Below the pieces are notes generated by a model that was not told the DNA's origin, did no database searches, and saw only the letters and a program-made list of their open reading frames with translations. This document shows positions 38,529 to 50,491 of a stretch of DNA of 64,000 bases, one piece after another. Positions within the stretch are counted from its first letter, which is position 1; every line of letters starts with the position of its first letter. The translations under genes and the position numbers were made by a program. This DNA is from Octopus sinensis (lineage: Eukaryota): assembly GCF_006345805.1 (NCBI RefSeq), contig NC_043009.1, forward strand, positions 28,892,001 through 28,956,000. The letters run 5' to 3'.

Positions 38529-39497
38529 AATGTATGGGAGCTTAATATATATGCATGTGTGCATGTGTGTCTGTGTGTGCGTGTGTATGTGTGAGAGAGA
38601 GCATGTGTTTGTGTATGTGTCCTCCATTTCTTGAGAACTAGAGCTGAGTTATTTACGTGGCTGTAGTTGTTCAATACATGAGAAAAATAGAATAAGCAGC
38701 AGAGTTAAAGATATCTCCCTGTGTTGATCTGTTTGAATAAACCCTTTAAGGCAGTGCCCTTTAAGACAGTGCCTTTTAAGACAGCGTCCTTTAAGAATAA
38801 ATCTGTTAAGACAATGCCCCAGCTGGGCTGTGATCAAATAACTGAAATGAGTAAAAGACAAAGAGGTAGGATAAGTAATAAAAGGAAGAAAGAGAGGAAA
38901 AGTGTAAGATGGAGAAAAACAAGTAAAAAAAAGTCAAAGTAAATGAATTCACAAAGGGATCAAAAAGAAGTGAAGAAAAGGGGACGAACAAATAACCTGA
39001 AAAGGGAAAAAAACTGAAATATATAATGCCATGTGAGGCATTAAAAACAAATTGATAGAAACGCACAGGAAAGGTCATTGACTTTATAAATATAGTATCA
39101 TGATATTATAGGAATAAATGAAATTAAAGGAAACATTAAGAGTGAAATTTAGAGTATCTGGATATTTCCTAGCATTAATTAAAGAATAAATACGTTAGCT
39201 GGTGTAATTAAGAAAAAAAGAAAAATCTTGTTAACATGTAAACGCTGAGACAGTTATGTGATTATAAGTTTAAAAAGTGGAATGATTGAGGCGTGCATTA
39301 AAGAAAGATCTTAGACTTAATAAAAAATAAAATAGATGTATAAATAATGAAATTATAAATGAAATAAATCGAAGGGAATTTGACGGAAATATAAGAAGTG
39401 TACATAATTTTGTGCAATTTATCATGATTTATGAAGTTGGGAAAGAGAAAGAAAAGTAAATTAAAGATGCAAATATGTATGTACGTATACATACAAA

Positions 39498-39700
39498 CAG
39501 TGGAGGTATGTGATCTAGTTGATAGTGTCACACTCGGGATTGTAAGACTGTGATTTCAATTCCTGGAGAGGTTGGTGTGTTGTTTTGTTTTTGAATAAAA
39601 CACTTTGTTTCATGTTGCTTCAGTCCGCTTGGCTGGGAAAAATGAGTAATCCAGTGACAGACTATCATTTCATCCATGGTAGGCATATATACATCACAGA
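39498..39700 (+). mobile_element. Decayed CORE-type SINE
   Basis: gtgatttcaattcctgg...ttgaataaaacactttgtttcatgttgcttcagtcc. Confidence 0.65.
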
Positions 39701-39893
39701 ATCTGGGTAGCCAATACAGAATGAAATATGGCATCTGCAGTCACCATATTTCATTCCATATCGGCTACCTCTGATGAGCACAGGGTTACATAATTAGATT
39801 GTTACCTAACACTCTGTTGAATCCCTAATGCAAAACCTATTGGTATGGCTGCCTGTAATGGATATATGATACTATACACTTCAGATAATACAC

Positions 39894-39933
<40 letters not shown>

Positions 39934-40584
39934 CATTCTTGTTGGGAACTATGAAACTCAATGCAAATAATGCTATGAATAATATTGGGTTCAAAATACC
40001 TTTGGAGAGAAAAAAAATCAATGGCTGCATATCTATCTATCTATCTATCTATCTGTATCAAGTACCACTTGAAAAGGAAAGTGAGAGTAGAGAGGCAAGT
40101 TTTGTCTAGCGAATGTTTTAAAAAAAGTTGGGTGAATGTAGCAAGGATGGCACGTATGAATGACGAAGCCACGTTGAGCATAATCCTATGAACCCAGAAA
40201 TTGAAAACAGAGGGTTACCCACTTGCAAACAAATATGGTAACATATAACAATATTGACCAAGGTTACCGTGGTCTTTTTCGTAGGCTTTTCTTCCAATGG
40301 ATAAACCTTATCTGCTTCCCCCTTTACACCGTACATCATGACACTGTGATACACGATCCCTATTGATCGTTTTTTCCTCTTCCCCTTTTTTCCTCTTTTT
40401 TCTTCTTTTTTCTTTTTTCTTTTCTTTTCCTTTTTTTCTTTCTTTCTTTTTTCCTTTTTACGATCCCTTTTGATCGAAAAACTTACGCCACTTATTTTTT
40501 TTCTTTTTTCTTCATCCCCCAAAAGAAAAGCCCCACCTTGTAATTTGTCCCATCTATGTGCAGCCCTGTGTGGTCAATAAAGAA

Positions 40585-40812
<228 letters not shown>

Positions 40813-41775
40813 GGGTGTTTGTGTGTGAAAGAGTGAGAGAAGGAGAGAGAGAGGGAGTATCTCAGAGTAGAGTTAATGGAGAAGTTACAGTAGAAACAGA
40901 ATGAATGTAAATGAAGATATTTAAAACAATAAATGAAAAATAAGAATAAAAAAGAAAGAAAATCAACAAATAAACATAAGGTGCTGGGGTTGGAAGAGCA
41001 ACCCTAAGATCTAACTATTGATATATTATACGTCTTAATGGCTTCCTTTTCGAGCTGAAAATTTATATAAGTGACTAATCTTATACTTTAACAGAAATTT
41101 AAAAAACTTAAACTGCTCATTAATGCTAGAAGACCTCCAGGTATTCTTAATATCTGTCTCAATATTTTCATTGATTTCATTCGCTACTACCATTATTGCA
41201 TTAATATATTGTGTTGAATCAAAAGATCTGCAAAATTTTGGCAGCTCATTTGCTTTATTCATCGAAGCATTCAAAAGTAGAGGCCATCATTTTGCACTGA
41301 CTGAAATCATATTTTCTACCAGTTCTTTGCTCCCATGTTGATACCAGTTCTTGTTCTTTGAGGTGAAGAAATCCTTCACTGAAGTTTCCACCTTCCTCCT
41401 CTTGGTTGACGAAGCCTTGTGAGTGCAGGAATGTGACTGCATAGACTGGAACAAGTAATAATTCCTGGAAGATATTTCTCTGCAATCCTAACTTGCATAA
41501 TCAGTGGTTAAGCCAAAGTCAGCTTCTGAAACTTGAGGTCAAACATGGGTGGTTCAAACACAAAGTGATGCTAAGCAACTGGTGTAATTACGAGGGGATA
41601 ATTCGCTACAAGGTTGTTCCAGATGGTTGAATCATTGATGCTGACCTGTACTCCAAACAGCTTAAGGGTTGTAGGCCACTGTCTGACAAAAATACTCAAC
41701 ATTAGTAAGCAGAAAGTGAAATTCTGCAGCAAGATGATGCAAGACCTGGTAGCAGCTCTGTGTTTGACATTGCCT

Positions 41776-41777
41776 TA

Positions 41778-41820
<43 letters not shown>

Positions 41821-41855
41821 GTCATCACCACCACCACCACCACCACCACCATCAC

Positions 41856-41899
<44 letters not shown>

Positions 41900-42116
41900 C
41901 TTAACGTCCGCTTTCCATGCTAGCATGGGTTGGACGGTTCGACTGGGGTCTGGGAAGCCAGGAGGCTGCACCAGGCCCAGTCTGATCTGGCAGTATTTCT
42001 ACAACTGGATGCCCTTCCTAACGCCAACCACTCCTAGGGTGCTTTTTACATGCCACCGGCACGGTGCCAGGTGAGGCTGGCAACGGCCATGATCGGATGG
42101 TGCTTTTTATGTGCCG
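41776..42116 (-). mobile_element. SINE family G with long (CAT)n tail
   Basis: ttaacgtccgctttccatgctagcatgggttggacgg; CAT/CAC tract at 41778-41900. Confidence 0.85.
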
Positions 42117-42711
42117 AATATAAATTTCTCCATTTCAAAGTTGGCTCAGTCGACTTTGTGTGGTTGCATCTTTTGTGTCGTTCTCTGTGATTGGTTAGAA
42201 GGGAATGCTTCCTTCTGCTTCTGGTTTCATGTTTGTATAAAGCATGACAGTCGCCATTTCTCACTAGAGAGTTTTCCTTTCTTTGCTTTAGAACTCTCTT
42301 GGCACGTAGTTCTTTCACTCACATCAATGCTGGCTGCTCAGCAAGTTCTCTCGATGAGCCAGCAGATTGAAGAAAGGATGTCGCCTCCTTGGAGGCATTC
42401 TCATGCACACCACTAGTGCTGCCATTACCTTCATGTTGTTTCCTTTTGGACCAACCAACCAACTGTCTGTACCAGAAGAAGATTTAATTTAGCCAAGCAT
42501 CACATGCTCAACCACCAGACACACTTACAGACTACTAAAAGCAAAGGAAGGAAAACTCTCAAGTGAGAAATGGCAACTGTCATGCTTTATACAAGTGCCA
42601 AACCAGAAGCAGAAGGAAAACGTTCCATTCTAATCAATCACAGAGAGCGATACATAAGGTGCAAGCACACAAAATCGACTGAGCCAACTTTGAAATGGAG
42701 AATTTTATATT
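42117..42711. mobile_element. MITE with ~170-bp TIRs
   Basis: atataaatttctccatttcaaagttggctcagtcga vs tcgactgagccaactttgaaatggagaattttatat; arms align for ~170 bp. Confidence 0.85.
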
Positions 42712-43660
42712 TGTTTGGAAAACCAATATTAAACACAGAGCTGCTACAACCTCATACTGCTTGAACAACCAAGAATAAACTCCAGACACTTGAAAGAATC
42801 AAACTTATACCACTCCTGGACCTACCCATGGTTCATGGTGCTTCCTGCGTTCACTTCCTGCACTCGTGATAATTTTTCCATCAAGAAGAAATGAAAGAAT
42901 TCAGTGAAAGAATTCTTTGCCTTGAAGGAGAAAAAGTGGTATCAGTATAGTATCACAGAACTTGCAGAAATATGACTTCAGACGGTGCCACACGATGGTC
43001 TCTACTCTGAATGTGAGGCTGTTTTTGTTGTAATTTGATGAATAAAGCAAGTTAGCAAAATATTACAAAATTTTTGACTTGACACAATATATTAAGACAA
43101 TCATTTTTTTCCTTCTAACTATTTCTAGATATTTGTCTCTAAAGCTTTTTCCTTTCTTTTCTCTAATGCTGTCTAGGGTTTCTTTTAATTAATGAAATTA
43201 TCTAATATACTTATCTGCTGGGTAACAAGAGCTTAAAATTGATTGTTTGAAGAACCTTGTCTAACTCAAAGATCTACACATCTCCAAAACCCTCTTGGCT
43301 TTTTATTAGTCTGTTTCATACTTATTTTTTCTTTTAAGTAAATTGACTTTTATTGATGAAGATCAACACCAGTTTTCTCACTTTTATATAATTAACTACT
43401 TATCAGCTAAGTAATTTGTCAAAGTATTGAATAAGCCATCAACAGTGGTTATTAGCTGTCAGAACACAGTATCTTCCAAAAATTCTGTGCTTCCCAAAAT
43501 TTACCAAAACTACCTCTGACAACATGCTTAAGCATCCTTTTGTCTTTGAGGCTCTTCTAACAGTTCACTTCTCTAACTTTTTGTGTATTGTTCTATCTTG
43601 TGTGTCTCTACTTTAGGCCATCATTGCTATATCCCTTATTTCACTTATTGATGTTTTATA

Positions 43661-44214
43661 TTTCTTTATTGCCCTCAAGGGACTAAACATAGAGGGGACA
43701 AATGAGTACAGACAAAGGGATTAAGTTGATTACCTCAACCCTAGTGTGTAACTGGTACTTAATTTATCGACCCCAAAAGGATGAAAGGCAAAGTCGACCT
43801 TGGTGAATTTGAACTCTGAACGTAACAGCAGATGAAATACTGCTAAGCATTACACCCGGCACACTAATGTTTCTGTCAACTCAGAGCCTTTTTGATGTTT
43901 TCTAGAAGAAAAAAACACTTGTGTCAGTATCACAGGAAAGGTGTCCATGCCATTGCCTCATAGAAAGCATCCATGCTGCTGCCATGTAAAAGATACTGGC
44001 ACTGGTTTCATGTAAAAAGCACCCATGCTGGTGCCACATAATTTCACTGGCACTGGTGCCATGTAAAACGAACCCAGTACACTCTGTAATGTGGTTGGTG
44101 TTAGAAAGTGCATCCAGCTGTAGAAACCATAACAAGACAGATAACTGGAGCTTGGTACAGCTCTGTCCATTGCATGCAAGGATGGAAAGTAGATGTTAAA
44201 TGTTAATGTTGGTG

Positions 44215-44245
<31 letters not shown>

Positions 44246-44250
44246 TATTA

Positions 44251-44283
<33 letters not shown>

Positions 44284-44510
44284 CATTATTAAGGCCACAA
44301 GCTGCAAGAATCATTAGTGTGACAGACAAAATGCTTAACGACATATCATCTGTCTTTATGTTCTGAGTTCAATTTTCTGCTAAGGTTCACTTTACCTTTC
44401 ATCCTTTCGGGGTTGATAAAATAAATACCAGTTGTACACTGGGGTCAATGTAATCTACTCATCCCCTCCGCCAAAAATGCTACCCTTGAGGCAAAATTTG
44501 AAGTCAATAT
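43661..44510. mobile_element. SINE cluster: family A (-, 43661-43890), family G (+, ~43900-44200), family A (+, 44291-44510)
   Basis: Motif matches to other copies. Confidence 0.75.
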
Positions 44511-44579
44511 TATTATTATTATTATTATATTATTATTATTATTATTATTATTATTGTTGTTGTTGTTGTTGTTGTTGTT

Positions 44580-45430
44580 TTACTTCTCGGAGCGCTTAAT
44601 CTCATTTGTTCTAGTAGATTCTGTGAAAGTGGACAGTATCCTGATGTCAGAGGTTTTACAGGGTCTCTTTCCACATTATAAGCTTTGATACTTGGTTGTT
44701 AATTATCGTGGAAGACATTCAACATCCAAGTACCAATCTCAAAATCCTAGCTTCCCCAGCAGAGCAGCTTTTTGGGCTTGCTCTGCTCTCATGTCAATTC
44801 CAATTTCTTTGACATATTTCTCAAACTTGGTTGTTAGTACTCTGAGTACACCTATAACTACTGGAATGAGCGACACTCTTCTCATAGTCCACATTCTGGC
44901 AATTTCCTCTTTTAGTAATCTGTGCTTTTCAATGTTTTCTAGTTCTCTGTCACTTATTCATGCATCCTCAGGTGTTGCAATATTTTTAATCTTGATTTCC
45001 ATTTCCCTTACTCTACCAAAACAATATCTGATCTCTGAGCCTCGACTAGGGAGTTACAATGGATCATAAAATCCCACAGTATCTTATGTTCCTTGCTCTT
45101 GGTGACTCCTACTGGTTCATGTTTGTAGCATTTTCATGTCCTGTTCAGGCTGTAATTTTCACATAGCCTCCAGTGGATGAACTTAGCCACGTTATCATTT
45201 CTCCTTTTGTAGTGCTTTTGGGCCAGCTTGCTACACTCACAATATGTAAGATTGTTTTGTTTCTGCTGCCACACATCCTACAAGGGTGCAATTCCCTACT
45301 CTCATCTATTTGGAACTTGGTGTAATTAGTTCTCAGAACTTGTTCCTGGGCACTGCATATCAATGCCTCAGTGCATTCTTTCAGATCACTTTTCCTTAGC
45401 CATCTCCAAGTGTTGATCTTGTCTTTTCTT
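44580..45430 (-). mobile_element. R4/Dong-type LINE 3' part (CCHC knuckle plus restriction-like endonuclease), pseudogenised
   Basis: Minus strand: EALICSAQEQVLRTNY...CRMCGSRNKTILHIVS, KHYKRRNDNVAKFIHWRLC, KILWDFMIH...RSDIVLV, ELENIEKHRLLKEEIARMWTMRRVSLIPVVIG...AQKAALLG; frameshifts and stops present. Confidence 0.85.
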
Positions 45431-45477
45431 ATAATAATTACTTAATTGCTTTGCTCTATACTCAAATCAGCAAAGCA

Positions 45478-45527
<50 letters not shown>

Positions 45528-45529
45528 CA

Positions 45530-45843
45530 TTCAGTAGTTTTATTTTTATAACTTGCTTTCACTTCATTACCGAGCGCAGCTCTGTGTGCCTTGGGTATGT
45601 GCTGTGGTTTGTTGTGATGTTCTGATGGTTACTGTATTGAAAGTGTTCTGCGTAGGATGTGTGCAGTGCCTAGTAGTGCAATTTGCTGCATGTTATATGT
45701 GTTTGTAAGTCCTGGTGTTTTTGTTATGTATTTGTCTGAATATTTTTTTATCATGCCTAATGCACCTACTATGATAGGGATTGTTTCTGTTTTTAGATTC
45801 CACTTTCTAGTTACCTCTATTTCCAGGTCTTTGTATTTTGAAA

Positions 45844-45845
<2 letters not shown>
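45530..45845 (-). mobile_element. Second R4/Dong-type LINE lineage, 5'-truncated, intact ORF end
   Basis: LSKYKDLEIEVTRKWNLKTETIPIIVGALGMIKKYSDKYITKTPGLTNTYNMQQIALLGTAHILRRTLSIQ* plus ~100-bp UTR; (TTA)n on both sides. Confidence 0.85.
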
Positions 45846-45890
<45 letters not shown>

Positions 45891-45959
45891 GATTATGATT
45901 ATGATTATTATTATGATTATTATTATTATTATGTTTATTATGTTTATTATGATTATTAT

Positions 45960-46162
45960 TATTATTATGATTATTATTATTATCATTATTATTACTTTTT
46001 TTTAACCTTTGTATGCTATGCATATGTTTCTTCATTTCATTATTATATGTAAACCTCAACACTTTATGTCTGTCTCTGTATTGTCCTTTTTATCTTTCGC
46101 CTTTGTAGCAAATAAATAGAACCATTATTATTATTATTATTATTATAATTCTTCTTCTTCTT

Positions 46163-46239
<77 letters not shown>

Positions 46240-46473
46240 GAAGATGTCAGAATCATTAGCATGCCAGGCAAAATGCTTAGCAGCATTTCGTTTGTCTTTA
46301 CATTCTGAGTTCAAATTCTGCCGAAGCCAACTTCGCCTTTCATCTTTTCAGGGTCTATAAATTAAGTACCAGAGAAACACTGAGGTTGATATAATCAACT
46401 AGCCTTCTTCCCCAGAATTTCAGGCTTTGTACATTTAGTAGAAAGGATTATCATTATTATTATTATTATTATA

Positions 46474-46512
<39 letters not shown>

Positions 46513-46804
46513 GATTATGATTATGATTATTATTATTATTATTATTATTATTATGTTTATTATGTTTATTATGATATTATTATTATTATGATTATTATTA
46601 TTATCATTATTATTACTTTTTTTTAACCTTTGTATGCTATGCATATGTTTCTTCATTTCATTATTATATGTAAACCTCAACACTTTATGTCTGTCTCTGT
46701 GTTGTCCTTTTTATCTTTCGCCTTTGTAGCAAATAAATAGAACCATTATTATTATTATTATTATTATAATTCTTCTTCTTCTTCTTCTTCTTCTTCTTCT
46801 TCTT

Positions 46805-46881
<77 letters not shown>

Positions 46882-47092
46882 GAAGATGTCAGAATCATTA
46901 GCATGCCAGGCAAAATGCTTAGCAGCATTTCGTTTGTCTTTACATTCTGAGTTCAAATTCTGCCGAAGCCAACTTCGCCTTTCATCTTTTCAGGGTCTAT
47001 AAATTAAGTACCAGAGAAACACTGAGGTTGATATAATCAACTAGCCTTCTTCCCCAGAATTTCAGGCTTTGTACATTTAGTAGAAAGGATTA

Positions 47093-47095
<3 letters not shown>
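45960..47095. repeat. Tandem duplication, 621-642-bp unit, containing a family-A SINE
   Basis: acttttttttaacc at 45994 and 46615; gaaaggat at 46441 and 47083; the internal (CTT)n differs by 7 units. Confidence 0.95.
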
Positions 47096-47129
<34 letters not shown>

Positions 47130-47161
47130 CATCATCATCATCATCATTATTGTTGTTGTTG

Positions 47162-47195
<34 letters not shown>

Positions 47196-47989
47196 CATTA
47201 TTATTATTATAATAGACGTGCTGAAGCAGATTATATTGTATTTCTGTCATTATGAAAAGTAAACAAGAATCTTTATTTGTTCTGTATTTGTTCAATCCAG
47301 CAAAGAATGAATAATTTGTTGGCAGAAAAAAAGAAAAAGGAATATTCTTTAAACCTTTTTATATAATTCCACGAAAAGCTTATGTTGCTGGGTTACATAG
47401 TTTCATTAATCAGCTGACGATGAAAAGTAGCTCTTGAAGAATTAGTTATGAAGGAAATCTCGGCATGCCCACCCTAATTTTTCTTGCTCCCACCTCCATC
47501 TTTTTTGAGTAAAATTTATTGCCAAGTTTTCTTTTTTTTTATTGAAATTTGAGTCATTGACTGGTCCCTTCGTAGATGCACACACATATGTGCATATTGA
47601 TCAGATAAGAGAAGTGAAATGAGAGAATAGATGTTTACTCTATTTGTTGACAGCTGTTTCGTAATTTCTATTTATCACTTAAGCAATGCTACTTCATACA
47701 TACATACATACATACATACATACAAACACATGCACATGCATGCACACACACACACACACACACACACATAAATACATACATACTTACATACATATAGAGA
47801 TGCATGCATACTGTTACAAATAAAAAATTATCTTAAAATAATTTTGGATGGTACTACATGAATTAGAACACTCCTCTCTAGTTTTGCAAGGGAAGACATA
47901 ATGAATCAAAAATTAATTCTAACGAAAAGCAATTCATTTTGACCACGTGACTATTTAAAGTAGGCTGGATGGTTTGGCACAGTTTTACT

Positions 47990-48410
47990 GTGTGGACAGA
48001 CTATAAACACTAGTTATGAACATGTGGCAGTTGGTCAGTTGCGGGAAGTCGATGTGTGACAATTGATGTGAAGGTGAGTGCTGAGAAGTTGGCATCATTA
48101 GTTCCTGTGAATGGTAGGTGACATGAGCAGTTGGTGTTTGATGTTTGGTTCGAAGTGAGTACTGGGGAGTTGACTTGAGCAGTTTATATGAATAGTTGAT
48201 ATGGCAGTCGATGTGTGATGGTTGATGTGTGTGAGTTGGTGTTGAGCAGTCCATTTCTGGAAGTCAATGTGAGACAGTTGATGTGTGAGTTGGTGCTAGG
48301 CGGTCAAAAATGGGCAGTTTGCGTAGAACAGTTGATACAGCAGTTGGTGTCAAGGGGTAGTTGGTGTCAGTTGACAAGCTGGCTGTCGGTCAGTCAATAT
48401 AAACAGTGAT
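47990..48410. repeat. Degenerate CAGTTG-rich minisatellite-like tract
   Basis: Seven exact CAGTTG plus several RAGTTG/CAGTCG variants, all on one strand within ~420 bp. Confidence 0.7.
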
Positions 48411-48899
48411 GTCCTTTCTGTGAGGTGGACAGTTTTGAACTTGGCAATGTCAAGAATACAGAGTGTGAAGATGGGTACTGGAATGATGTGAATCAGAAGT
48501 AACAACAGGGTCCAGTGGGAAATAAATAGAAAATAAATCGCTTGACTGGTGGATAAAAGAAGAACTCAGCAAAAGAAATATATTCTACACATTTTGGAGG
48601 TAAATCAAAGAACTCACTAAAATATATTCCATAAATTTTTATTTGCGTCTTAATTAAAAATCTTTTATTTTGCTTATACTTAATGGGTATTTTGTTTTTG
48701 TTATTGTCAACTCTTCTGACCACTGGAACTGCTACTTACTTCTTCCTCTGTAAGCAAGTTGGCTTACTGAGCTGGCCTGCAGTTTTTCTGATCTGCTGAC
48801 TATACTGTTGGAGCCTTATTGGTGGTGTCAGGAAGCTGCTGCATGCAACAATACTAAATACATTCATACATACATACATACGTACATATGTATATATAT

Positions 48900-49232
48900 A
48901 ATGGAAAAACCCTCTTTGGTCATGAATGATCATGGAGATGTACCAAGAAAGTTCCCTTCCAAGCCACAAATTTGGACAAGGTTGTTTGTGGAAGACCAGT
49001 AATCGCTCATGCATACCAGCCTCCCCTTTCCACGCCACTGATGTTTCCCAAGAGAAAGGCAAATGCCAATACAGCTTGGCATCAGTGACATAGCAACTCA
49101 TTTCTACAGATGAGTGAAGTGGAGCAATGTGAGATAAAGTGTCTTGCTCAAGAACACAACACACACTGCCTAGTCTGAGAACTGAACTCACTACCTCATG
49201 ATTGTAAACCCGATGCTCTAACACTGAGCCAT
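48900..49232 (-). mobile_element. CORE-type SINE
   Basis: gataaagtgtcttgctcaagaacac; head reverse complement tatggctcagtgttagagcatcggg...gtgagttcagttc. Confidence 0.8.
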
Positions 49233-49278
49233 ATATAACCATATATAAATATATGTAATATAAATAATATATATATAT

Positions 49279-49325
<47 letters not shown>

Positions 49326-49967
49326 TATATATATGCATATGTAGGTACAGGACATCACCAACAGTAAACAACAGGAAATACACAAACAATGAGAGAAACA
49401 AATGGAAAACAGGACAAGTAACATAAAGAACGACCCTTCATTAGTTGTCAGCTGTCTATCTATTCCTCATTTCGAGCATTGAACGACTTTTTTTTTATTC
49501 ATTAGTATTCTTCCTTCCTAGAAAGATGTACATTGTGAGCTCTCACTCTCACAAACACCAACAACACTTCCACACAATCATATGCAAAGATGATTTGCAT
49601 ACATTAATACGAAATATAACATTGCTCAACGGATGTTTATGATGAAGATGCTTTTAGCATTAACATCTTTATAAGTACCTAGTATGATGTGTTTTAAGCA
49701 TCTGTTAGGATGTATTTTAAGAAACTTTTCTCACATATTCACATAACATTGCTGAAAACAGATAAGAAGAAACTATGGTCCTTTGTATCACCATTATCGG
49801 TGTTCAGTTTCAACAAAAGAAATGTGCTTATTTCATATTGCAGGCACCAGAGAAAATTCAGAGTTGACTGAGTTGAAAACATCTGCGAACACAAGAGAGC
49901 AGACACATACACATGCAAGGGAAGAACAAACAAAAATTTATTGCTTAGCACACTGAGTTGAAGTTAA

Positions 49968-50325
49968 TCATCATCATCATCATCATCGTTAAGCATCCGC
50001 TTTCCATGCTAGCATGGGTTGGACGGTTCAACTGGGGTCTGGGAAGCCAGAAGGCTGCACCAGGCCCAGTCTGATCTGGCAATGTTTCTTCAGCTGGATG
50101 CCCTTCCTAACTCCAACCACTCCGTGAGTGTAGTGGGTGCTTTTTACGTGCCACTGTCACAGGTGCCAGACGAGGCTGGCAAACGGCCACAATCGGATGG
50201 TGCTTTTTACGTGCCACCGGCATGGAGGCCAGTTGGGGCAGCGCTGGCAACAGCCACGTTCGGATGGTTCTCTTACATGCCACCGGCACTGGTATCACAG
50301 CTACAATTTCCATTGATGTTGATCA
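49968..50325 (-). mobile_element. SINE family G including the internal segment amplified at 6760-7900
   Basis: gtgccagacgaggctggc...cggatggtg...acaatttccattgatgttgatc is the reverse complement of the array unit. Confidence 0.85.
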
Positions 50326-50434
50326 AAGGAAATTGTGTATTTAATAACAAGTTGACTCAGCTCCAAATCATTTAAAAATTTCTGGCTGCAGAACCCATAT
50401 GTCTCCATCATCAGGTGTATGGAAGCCTTGACTC

Positions 50435-50491
50435 TTCTCATCTGATGACATGGAATATTCTGTGCCCATATGAAACTCTTAGTAATGTGGG
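50435..50491 (+). ncRNA. Degenerate type I hammerhead ribozyme motif
   Basis: ttctcat-CTGATGA-c-ATGG..CCAT-at-GAAAC-T(ctt)A-GTA-atgtggg: both cores and a GUA cleavage triplet present; stems I and II partly mismatched. Confidence 0.4.

Larger units (their letters stand above)
41207..43089. mobile_element. Decayed mariner-family relic with inverted 3' ends and nested insertions
   Basis: Plus 41560-41750: KVMLSNWCNYEGIIRYKVVPDG*IIDADLYSKQL and ILQQDDARP. Plus 42740-43020: QPHTA*TTKNKLQTLE and SVKEFFALKEKKWYQYSITELAE.LQTVPHDGLY. Minus 41280-41400: SVKDFFTSKNKNWYQHGSKELVE. Termini tattgtgttgaatc and gacttgacacaata are each flanked by TA. Confidence 0.75.

Noticed and set aside
38745-38815. ~15-bp periodic cc(c/t)tttaagacagtg repeat
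   Set aside because: Short, decayed local duplication with no further structure.
39765-39830. CTGATGA followed by a hairpin
   Set aside because: The second core reads GAAT, and no NUH or stem I was found.
48740-48838. Minus-strand exon candidate with a strong gtaagt donor (also 53100-53193, 55080-55147; plus-strand 58832-58912, 59304-59361, 62174-62224)
   Set aside because: Each is individually plausible, but they cannot be chained into a phase-consistent recognisable protein; expected by chance at this density.
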